From the sequence record KY703222: 64,000 nt of DNA. One strand, written 5' to 3'. The stretch's first letter is position 1. Each line of letters starts with the position of its first letter. This stretch comes from Escherichia phage phiC120. A program made the position numbers and the translations under genes. Positions 47,354-55,207 of the stretch are shown piece by piece. The notes under the pieces are model-generated. The model ran no database searches and was not told the DNA's origin. It saw only the letters and a program-made list of their open reading frames with translations.

Positions 47354-48518
47354 CGAAATCTTCCATTTCGTCAAGGTCGTTTTCTATATCTGCTGCAGAT
47401 GGAGCATCAGAAGTTTTAACCGGAACTTTAGTTGTTGCTTTGCAATTAATAAGGTCATTAACAGCGTCATCAACTTCTTTAATAGAAGAGATAGCACCTA
47501 GTTTATATTTAGTTTCAATTGCGTCACGAAAAGGTTTGTGTTTAAACAACGGACCCCAGAATTCTACACAATCAGTAGCTTTAGCACGCCACGATTTCTC
47601 TTCACGAATCATTTCACCTGTTTCTTCGTCAAGGAATTCACGAGCATACCAACCAGCTTTAGGCTTAACAACAAATCCAATTTCAGTTGCCATTTCTAAC
47701 AAGCCACTGAATGGATCAATACCGCCATCAAAATTAACCGTGATCGGGAAAGTAGATTTCTCTTTAACTGTACGAGATTTTTCTGCTTTCAACGTGAAGT
47801 CATAACCGGTCAATTCTGTACCTTCTTTAACCTGACGTTTAGAGATAAAGAATACAGTGTTAGCAGAGTAAAGAATACCTGTACCACCACCCATAATCTC
47901 TTTAGGATATAGTCCGCCGATTTCCATTGCGGTATGGTTAATTGCAACACACGGAATATCTTTAATAGTCAGATACGGGGTCACAATGCGGAACAGAGAT
48001 TTAAGTGCCTTAGCACGAGACATATCACCTACAACTTTCTCGTTCAACGCATCTTCGGTTTCTTTCTTAGATGCAGTATTACCGATTGAATCGATAAAGA
48101 TAATAACTTTATCACCGCGTTCAATCGCGTCAAGCTGATTAGTCATATCAACTTTAAGTTGTTCGACAGATTGAATCGGAGTATGAACTACACGGTCTAA
48201 ATCAACACCCATTGAACGAAAATAAGATTCTGAAGCACCGAATTCTGAGTCATAAAACAAACAGATTGCATCTTTATATTTCTTCATATATGCTGCAACC
48301 ATGGTCAGTCCAAACAACGTTTTAAAGTGTTTAGAAGGAGCAGCAAAAATAGTCAAGCCTGATTGCAATCCTGCATTCAGAGCACCACCTAGTGCAATAT
48401 TCAACATCGGAATACGAGTAGGGACTTCATCACGATTATTAAACAGCTTAGACTTAGTCAAGTCTGCAGTCATTTTAGAAGTAGAAGCTTTAATCAGACG
48501 AGATTTTAAATCAGACAT
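47346..48518 (-). CDS. uvsX: Recombinase UvsX (RecA-like)
   Basis: 390 aa (T4 391); RecA-like core with acidic C-terminus. Confidence 0.95.
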   Translation of the reverse strand: MSDLKSRLIKASTSKMTADLTKSKLFNNRDEVPTRIPMLNIALGGALNAGLQSGLTIFAAPSKHFKTLFGLTMVAAYMKKYKDAICLFYDSEFGASESYFRSMGVDLDRVVHTPIQSVEQLKVDMTNQLDAIERGDKVIIFIDSIGNTASKKETEDALNEKVVGDMSRAKALKSLFRIVTPYLTIKDIPCVAINHTAMEIGGLYPKEIMGGGTGILYSANTVFFISKRQVKEGTELTGYDFTLKAEKSRTVKEKSTFPITVNFDGGIDPFSGLLEMATEIGFVVKPKAGWYAREFLDEETGEMIREEKSWRAKATDCVEFWGPLFKHKPFRDAIETKYKLGAISSIKEVDDAVNDLINCKATTKVPVKTSDAPSAADIENDLDEMEDFDE

Positions 48519-48616
48519 TGTATTTTTCCATAGGCATCATTATATTTTACTCATGTTTAAAAGATAAGATGATTATATACTAAGGGTTATACAGCATTTA
48601 AAACTTTAAATGGCTC

Positions 48617-49165
48617 TTAACGAGCCCATTTGATGATTTCTGTAATCAAATCATTACGTTCGCTTGCATTAAATCCTATAACTTTGTTAGCACCATCATG
48701 ATTAAGTAATTGATACGTTTGGATTTTGTTATGAATTGCAAACTCTTCAAAATGTGAAATGACTGTATTAAAACCGAATGAAGACAAAGTAATAAGGTCG
48801 TCTTCAAAACTTTCAGTCATTTCGTTACGTGTTAAAATAATTGTGAACACGTCATGGTTTTGGCAAAGACGAACATAATCCTGTTCATAAACGTCAAGAA
48901 CCGAGTCAGCATCTTGTCGAATACGTCCATAAACCCAGTTACTAATATATCCACGGTCTAACAGATAAATCTTAGTAGGGTCTAAATAATTCAACATCGT
49001 TTCGAAACAACCAACTTCATTTCGAGACTTAACATCGAAACGTCCATCAACTGTTCGTTTAGGGAAATCAATCTTTACATATCTTTCACTAATTTCCATT
49101 ATGTCATTAATGAAAGTTGTTTTACCAGCATTATCCGGGCCATCTACTAAAATAATTTTAGCCAT
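48617..49165 (-). CDS. P-loop kinase, thymidylate-kinase-like fold (Walker A GPDNAGKTT, DR-like LLDRGYISNWVYG)
   Basis: 182 aa; GAGGAA RBS; sits where T4 has beta-glucosyltransferase. Confidence 0.55.
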   Translation of the reverse strand: MAKIILVDGPDNAGKTTFINDIMEISERYVKIDFPKRTVDGRFDVKSRNEVGCFETMLNYLDPTKIYLLDRGYISNWVYGRIRQDADSVLDVYEQDYVRLCQNHDVFTIILTRNEMTESFEDDLITLSSFGFNTVISHFEEFAIHNKIQTYQLLNHDGANKVIGFNASERNDLITEIIKWAR

Positions 49166-49166
49166 T

Positions 49167-50066
49167 TTATTCCTCGATTACGACATCTTCATATTTAGGT
49201 ATATTATACGGTGAAGAAATTAAAGCATTAAAGTAGATGAACTCACCAAGACCTGGATGAAATACTTCTTCAGGATTTTCGAAATATTGAATCTTCGGAC
49301 GTCCTTTAAGAATTTGATAGTACTCAGTTTTAGTTGGTTTAAAAATTCGAATCAACGCTTCTTCAGGATACTTATTTCTGTCGAAGCTATTATTTGGATC
49401 GGTTATATAAAGCGGTTGGCCTAATTGAATTGCACATTCAACCACTTGTTCAAAACGATAGCACGGGTCACTAATTCGAAATGGATGAAAAATACCATCT
49501 AGATGAATAGGAGCCAAATCACCTACAAGACGCTGCATGATGGAAGGACGTATAACTTTCTGCGTTACGATAATCTTATTACCATCTGCACCTGCGTTAA
49601 CCAGCACTTCTTTTTGACGTTCATTCAACACAGTAGTTTGAAGTGAACGATTAACCGACAACATGTCGGTTTTTAAGAATTCGTCAATATAAAAACGTGG
49701 TTTATTAGGGTCTGCAGTGATATTGAAATTGAATTCTACATCAAAAGCGCCGTCATATCCAGTGATATCTGTGATTAGAAAATCACAATCATAATAAGCA
49801 ATTAATGAATCAACCACAAATTCATTTTCAGACCAGAAATATTTACGGGTGTTATACGCGTTATCTTTATACCATAATGGAACAAACTTAAATTCTGGGA
49901 AAAGACGTTCACATTCTTTAATATCAGATGCATTACGTGGATATGTAATCACATCACCTGGATTAGCACGGTGCAAATGAAGTTGGAAGTTGCCATCCTT
50001 AAGGATAGCATACTGTCCAGTTTCATAAGACCGCATACTCAAGATTGGTACGCGGAAAATAGCCAT
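49167..50066 (-). CDS. Hypothetical protein (299 aa); candidate modification enzyme in the beta-gt position
   Basis: ORF track; TAATG coupling with gene 42; no recognisable motif. Confidence 0.45.
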   Translation of the reverse strand: MAIFRVPILSMRSYETGQYAILKDGNFQLHLHRANPGDVITYPRNASDIKECERLFPEFKFVPLWYKDNAYNTRKYFWSENEFVVDSLIAYYDCDFLITDITGYDGAFDVEFNFNITADPNKPRFYIDEFLKTDMLSVNRSLQTTVLNERQKEVLVNAGADGNKIIVTQKVIRPSIMQRLVGDLAPIHLDGIFHPFRISDPCYRFEQVVECAIQLGQPLYITDPNNSFDRNKYPEEALIRIFKPTKTEYYQILKGRPKIQYFENPEEVFHPGLGEFIYFNALISSPYNIPKYEDVVIEE

Positions 50067-50782
50067 TAGTCAAGGAATCCTTTAACATAATCAAAATCAC
50101 GTTCAAACACATGGGCACTTACCATGGTATGAGTATAATCACCAACTTCTACACCACATTCGTTAGCGATATAATGAAGTAATTTTCCTTGGAGATAAAA
50201 ATCCAACTGCATAACAACAGCACAGTTCTGGGAACGCATATGACAGTGGGTATAAAGCTTACCATCACGAATATAATAAGTCACTGAGTCAGTACATGGA
50301 TATTCAAGTGTTTCGTCTGAATCAAGCAAAGCCTGATCAGAACTTTCTAGAATTTGGAACACAACTCTTCGAGAGTTAGGCTTCTCTTTAAGTTCTTTTA
50401 GAAGAGCTGGTAATTGGGCCGCAATGCGAGGACCATAGAAAGTGTTGAAGTTCGCCGGCAAAACATCTGATTTTGGTTTAGAAATAAATTTAGCGACATT
50501 AGGATATGCCTTAAACGCTTCTTCTGCGTTGGTACCACCAGAAATCATAAACTTCCAGAAGTCTTCGGCATATTCATAAGAGATGCGATTAATACGTGGG
50601 TCGGTCATTTTGAATGATGATGGAGTGTCAACAACTACGGTCATAGACCCAATTTCATTACAACGTCCAATACGAGAATCAGTTACGAATTCTGGGTTTT
50701 CTAAAATTTCACGATTGACTGCTTTAAATGCGGTTTGAAAATCTGCGGCTTTGATATATTTCATTGTGTTATGTTTTCCCAT
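50066..50782 (-). CDS. 42: dCMP hydroxymethylase gp42 (thymidylate-synthase fold)
   Basis: 238 aa (T4 246); TS-like C-terminal pattern CTDSVTYYIRDGKLYTHCHMRSQN...HVFERDF; GAGGT RBS. Confidence 0.8.
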   Translation of the reverse strand: MGKHNTMKYIKAADFQTAFKAVNREILENPEFVTDSRIGRCNEIGSMTVVVDTPSSFKMTDPRINRISYEYAEDFWKFMISGGTNAEEAFKAYPNVAKFISKPKSDVLPANFNTFYGPRIAAQLPALLKELKEKPNSRRVVFQILESSDQALLDSDETLEYPCTDSVTYYIRDGKLYTHCHMRSQNCAVVMQLDFYLQGKLLHYIANECGVEVGDYTHTMVSAHVFERDFDYVKGFLD

Positions 50783-50824
50783 GTTTACCTCAATACAATT
50801 TATTATATACTCAATTCGTAAAGC

Positions 50825-51064
50825 TTATTTGAATTTCTTGACAATGTTGATATAACGTAAAGCTTCAGCATCGATACTTCCAAGAACACTATGAAGAAAT
50901 GCATCAGCGTAGTATTCCAATTGAACAGGTTCTTTAATCACTTTAGCCGCTTTAGTTTCAAAAAGGCCCATCAGGGCCTTTTTAAGAATTTGTTCATTAG
51001 TGTTCAGTTTCATAGTCAAAATCTCTTCATTAAGTTGGTGGTTAAAAGTTTTTCTAGAAATCAT
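50825..51064 (-). CDS. Hypothetical protein (79 aa)
   Basis: ORF track; ATGA overlap with upstream gene. Confidence 0.4.
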   Translation of the reverse strand: MISRKTFNHQLNEEILTMKLNTNEQILKKALMGLFETKAAKVIKEPVQLEYYADAFLHSVLGSIDAEALRYINIVKKFK

Positions 51065-52221
51065 TCCGGGTATCTCAAAGCGTCATCAGAGTTAGTTATA
51101 TCAATAATAGATATAGAGTTTTCTGCTAACCCGTTTTTAGATAATTGACGTTTATAATATCTTTCACAATATGTACACGTCGTCCCGCAGATTTCATTAG
51201 CACAATCGAAATCTGGATGTCTGAACCACCTTTTTTCTAAAAAGCCATCTAACAAAGAGGTTTCAATATTTACTGTATGTGAAAACTCAGTCTCATTTTC
51301 AAGAGTGAAAATAGTCTCTAAAGGCTTCCACAGTTCTAACAAATTACCTTCAAACTTTTCAGAAGCGTATGCTTCAAGAACTTTCAAAATGTAGTCTGTG
51401 CTACCTGTACGTCCTGAAACTTTGAATTGAGTGATACCAATATCATTATAAAGTTTCAAATCTTGAGGACGAACAAAACGAGTTCTCAACCAGTTAAATG
51501 GGTCTGTATCACGAGCTTTAATACAGTGCTGCATAGGATATCCGTTTAAGGATTTAGCATCATCAGCGGTAACATCAGTACTATGGAAAATATAGCAAGA
51601 GTCACGATAGCTACAATGTGTTGTATACCCTTTACCAGCATTAGAACAGAACTCATTTACAAGAACTTCAAATATTATATTGTTCTTATTGCAAAACTCT
51701 GCTGCACGCTTCAGGAAAGAAACTGAACGGTTCTTATGAATTCCACAGCAGACCTTTTTGATATTATACTGGTCATGCAAGTATTTGATTTGAGTTACAG
51801 CATCGACATGTAGAATTGTTGAAACTTCAATCTCAATGTCTTTATTGACTTCACGAACAATTTCCATAACAACAGGGTTAGCGATAGTAATACGCCATAC
51901 GCCTATTGACCAAAGATACTGAACATAATCCTGAATAGCTTTCTTCTTCCACTCAACTAGTTCTCTTTTTGAACCAGGATTTATCGTGTTGAGTGTATAG
52001 TTAAAGCAAATACCTAATTCGTTACAACGTTTAACGTAATCTTCTAACATCTTTTTGTCAACGTCAGGAAGCCTAAAATCAGGTCTGGCTGCTACAAAAG
52101 CCATTTCTCTTGTAGAGCCATATACTTCGTTTATCAAGCTATTAGGATAAGTTTTATTGAGCTCTACGATTTTATCGAGAAGAGCTAAATCAAAATTCGT
52201 TCCGATTTTAAAAGTATTCAT
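51061..52221 (-). CDS. Cys-rich hypothetical protein (386 aa from ATG 52221; ORF-track start 52236 is GTG); candidate enzyme of the modification cassette
   Basis: C-terminal CANEICGTTCTYC (C-x4-C-x3-C-x2-C) plus other conserved Cys; no confident fold assignment. Confidence 0.45.
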   Translation of the reverse strand: MNTFKIGTNFDLALLDKIVELNKTYPNSLINEVYGSTREMAFVAARPDFRLPDVDKKMLEDYVKRCNELGICFNYTLNTINPGSKRELVEWKKKAIQDYVQYLWSIGVWRITIANPVVMEIVREVNKDIEIEVSTILHVDAVTQIKYLHDQYNIKKVCCGIHKNRSVSFLKRAAEFCNKNNIIFEVLVNEFCSNAGKGYTTHCSYRDSCYIFHSTDVTADDAKSLNGYPMQHCIKARDTDPFNWLRTRFVRPQDLKLYNDIGITQFKVSGRTGSTDYILKVLEAYASEKFEGNLLELWKPLETIFTLENETEFSHTVNIETSLLDGFLEKRWFRHPDFDCANEICGTTCTYCERYYKRQLSKNGLAENSISIIDITNSDDALRYPE

Positions 52222-52278
52222 TTTTTTGCATCTCACGTTAATTGATGCGATGGTTTTTTGCAGGTCTTACTTAAATTA

Positions 52279-52665
52279 TTATAGATTCGGTTTATATGAT
52301 TTAAATGTTTCGAATTCGCCTTTATTCATAAGAGCTTTGAATTCGTCAGGACGCATAGCTTTGTCGTCGATAATCCAATCATATACTGGTTTATGTGTTA
52401 GCAAATTATGGTACTTCAAGCCAATGTTTGCCAAGTTCTGAATCAGACTTGGGAGAATGTCAATTGCTATACGACCAGGACCTACTGACTTCATACCGCG
52501 AGCAGTGTAAAGCGTTATGGTATGCCCTGCATCATACAGGGCATTAATGGCAGTCACCATTTCGACGTCCGGTTTGAAGTTCACGTAATCACGATTGTTA
52601 TTCCACTCTGTTATACAATCATCGACGTCAAAACAAAGATTAAGCATGTTTTCTACACGGTGCAT
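52279..52665 (-). CDS. HAD-superfamily phosphatase-like protein (about 128 aa)
   Basis: N-terminal motif I FDVDDCIT (DxDx[T/V]); start uncertain (ATG 52665 overlaps upstream stop as TAATG; alternative ATG 52680). Confidence 0.5.
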   Translation of the reverse strand: MHRVENMLNLCFDVDDCITEWNNNRDYVNFKPDVEMVTAINALYDAGHTITLYTARGMKSVGPGRIAIDILPSLIQNLANIGLKYHNLLTHKPVYDWIIDDKAMRPDEFKALMNKGEFETFKSYKPNL

Positions 52666-54350
52666 TAGATTCGTTCCCATTGATGAGTGATATCGCCACC
52701 GATTGGACGATAGGAAACACCAGTTTCTTTATCAGTTAGTACCCATTTACCAGGATTTTTTGTAATCAGAGTAGCCGTTACAGGTTCTGCTACGTCATAA
52801 CTAATAGAGCCATCTTGAAGTACACGGCCCATGTTACGTAATTGCTTAGTCAGAAGTTCCATACCTTTATAATATGCGGCCACCGCTTTAAGTGGATTAT
52901 TCTTGAAATAACCACCTAATGCAATCCAGATAATTGCCACTGCCAAATGATGATACTCGTTAAACGAACTCATCTTTCCATATTTGTAAACTAATGGATT
53001 GATGTTAATAGTCACATTACAAGTTGTTTCATCAATAGTAAACTGGCCCCAGGTCGGATTAGCGTTGAATTCATCATAACCTGAAACAGCATAAAGCACT
53101 TTAGCTTCATCATACAATTTTGGCCCGTAAATCTTGGTTTCGCCAAAATATCCACGAGGGTCGATAAACTTGACTTCGCCGTTATCAGTAATCATAGTAT
53201 TACTGAAGTTCGGGTCACCGTGAATAACAGAGTACTGTCCCTGAGAACGGTTATGATAACGAATAAGATGTTCTAAAGCTTGTTTCAACATTGGCTTCAG
53301 ACGTCCAATCTTAGTGTAGTTCACGTGTGTGATTTTACCAAATGAATCAATCAATGGCTGAATGCTTTCACAACGATCAATAACTTTCGTATAGAACTCT
53401 TTAGTGAAATCACGACGAACAGTTTCAGGACTTACAAAATAAGTGTCTGTACTGAATTTCAGTGCATCTAAAATTGCATCAACAATTTGTGGACGAGCAA
53501 GACTTGATTTGGATTTAATATATTCAAATGCCGGCTTACCTTTAATACGTTCCATTTCAAAATTATTTTCATTTACCGAAACTAACTGAGGAACCGAATC
53601 TGATTTCACTTTCAAATACCATGAAATCTCATCTTTTTGAAGAGCTCGACCTTGTTCGGTTAACGCGAATTTAGTTACAGTTTCTTCGCCAATTTCAACT
53701 GCATTAAAACTACGATTAAGTTCACGAACTTCATGAGCTTTTTCAAGTTTAGGCATATCACCTAAATCAATTAGATTCATAAGCTCTGATTTATTGAATG
53801 CGCTGCTGTAAAGGAATTCTACGAAATCACGTCCTTTGCAGTATTCATGAATTTCCTCATCAGTAGAACCCATATAGAATTCCCAGTCTTTGAACTGATA
53901 AATTCCTACAACATTACCGCCTGTTGCACCTACATTAGTGATATTTTCACCGTCGAAATTATATCGACATTCGTCACCCTTAACATAGATTGCGTTAACA
54001 TTCCAAGACCATGAACCAAAATCAGGAATAATATCGCACCAGTTAACAACTACGTTATGGCCGTCTAAATCTTTATGTAATTTAGCAAGAGCATAAGCAG
54101 AACCATACGCTTCATCAACTGTACGAATAGTCACATTGAACCCTTCTTGCTCACAATAAGCTCGAACAGTTTCAGCAAATTTTGAATGAACTACTACAAT
54201 AATTTCATCTGCGCCAAGGTCAGAATAAATTGTATACAAATTGCTCAGAATAGTGTCTTGTTTATAGTTAACAAGCACCTTAGGAATATGGTGAGTAATT
54301 GGATATAAACGAGTTGCCAATCCGGCACCAAGAATAACAGCTTTTTTCAT
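52665..54350 (-). CDS. Bifunctional sugar-1-phosphate nucleotidyltransferase (N-terminal) / APH-fold anomeric sugar kinase (C-terminal)
   Basis: 561 aa; N-terminal MKKAVILGAGLATRLYPIT (G-x-G-T-R-L-x-P-x-T as in RmlA-type NTP transferases); C-terminal HGDPNFSN...KFIDPRG kinase catalytic/DFG-like loops; GAGGA RBS. Confidence 0.7.
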   Translation of the reverse strand: MKKAVILGAGLATRLYPITHHIPKVLVNYKQDTILSNLYTIYSDLGADEIIVVVHSKFAETVRAYCEQEGFNVTIRTVDEAYGSAYALAKLHKDLDGHNVVVNWCDIIPDFGSWSWNVNAIYVKGDECRYNFDGENITNVGATGGNVVGIYQFKDWEFYMGSTDEEIHEYCKGRDFVEFLYSSAFNKSELMNLIDLGDMPKLEKAHEVRELNRSFNAVEIGEETVTKFALTEQGRALQKDEISWYLKVKSDSVPQLVSVNENNFEMERIKGKPAFEYIKSKSSLARPQIVDAILDALKFSTDTYFVSPETVRRDFTKEFYTKVIDRCESIQPLIDSFGKITHVNYTKIGRLKPMLKQALEHLIRYHNRSQGQYSVIHGDPNFSNTMITDNGEVKFIDPRGYFGETKIYGPKLYDEAKVLYAVSGYDEFNANPTWGQFTIDETTCNVTININPLVYKYGKMSSFNEYHHLAVAIIWIALGGYFKNNPLKAVAAYYKGMELLTKQLRNMGRVLQDGSISYDVAEPVTATLITKNPGKWVLTDKETGVSYRPIGGDITHQWERI

Positions 54351-54391
54351 GTTGAAGTCCTCATTGGTAAGTAGGTGTATTGTACACTATT

Positions 54392-54535
54392 CTAGTTAAA
54401 GCATTCATACTTTGCCTGTAGACCAATCATAATCCATCCAATTACAAGTGTTGGAATCATTACTGGAGCCGTTAAGCTCCAGTAGATAGTCATGACAAGC
54501 ATCAATAGTAAAAGTCCTATTGTTATTGCTTTCAT
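54392..54535 (-). CDS. Small membrane peptide (47 aa)
   Basis: Own translation MKAITIGLLLLMLVMTIYWSLTAPVMIPTLVIGWIMIGLQAKYECFN; ATGA overlap with the SIS gene. Confidence 0.35.
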   Translation of the reverse strand: MKAITIGLLLLMLVMTIYWSLTAPVMIPTLVIGWIMIGLQAKYECFN

Positions 54536-55167
54536 TGTTCGCCTCGTAACATGGCACCTAGTGCACCGCCAGGGTGGAACTTAAGGAAGTCATTAGAGGT
54601 AAATCCACGTTCAGACGAAAGGTTGATAGCAAACGTATCGATAAGCGCTAACAACAATGTAGTGGACATAGTCGGAGCTAAAGAGTTCTCGTCAACTTCT
54701 ACCGCGATACCGGTACAGAACGTATAATCAAAAAGAGCTTCGTATTCTTGTGGAATGTCAGGGTTACAATGTAACAGAATCTGTTTAACCTGAGGACGAA
54801 TCATACGAAGATGTTTAGCAACACCTATCATTTCTTCAGTCTTACCAGAACGACTGATGTGAACTAATACATCATTAGGTGCAATAAATCCTGCATCCCC
54901 ATGAGAATAATGCCCAGTGTTCAAATACATGCTAGGAATACCTAGTGAAGCAAAAGTCTCGGAAGCTTTAGTTGCGATATTAGCATTCTTACCAACACCT
55001 GTAATAATTACACGACTTTCATAATTACTCAGTCCAGGGCGGCGAAGAGTTTCAAGAATAGCATTATATCGGGCAGGGTTTTGACTAATTACTTTGGCCA
55101 TAGCGGCCAAAGAAGAAGCTTGTTTTATGATTGCGTCAATAGCGATAGTAATAGGAGTAGTTTTCAT
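54532..55167 (-). CDS. D-arabinose-5-phosphate isomerase, SIS domain only (KdsD/GutQ-like)
   Basis: 211 aa; aligns by eye to E. coli KdsD SIS domain (GVGK...IA.K...TFAS.G.PS......HGD.G...P.DV...ISRSG...E...) and ends in the KdsD hallmark FHPGGALG. Confidence 0.8.
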   Translation of the reverse strand: MKTTPITIAIDAIIKQASSLAAMAKVISQNPARYNAILETLRRPGLSNYESRVIITGVGKNANIATKASETFASLGIPSMYLNTGHYSHGDAGFIAPNDVLVHISRSGKTEEMIGVAKHLRMIRPQVKQILLHCNPDIPQEYEALFDYTFCTGIAVEVDENSLAPTMSTTLLLALIDTFAINLSSERGFTSNDFLKFHPGGALGAMLRGEQ

Positions 55168-55207
55168 ATTTCTCTCATTTAATTAGTTTACCGTCCATGG
55201 CATTATA

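Noticed and set aside
51061-52236. Radical SAM or peptidase-U32 assignment for the Cys-rich protein
   Set aside because: The Cys cluster is C-terminal and spaced C-x4-C-x3-C-x2-C, not the N-terminal CxxxCxxC of radical SAM enzymes, and I could not match the U32 signature from memory; left as unknown.
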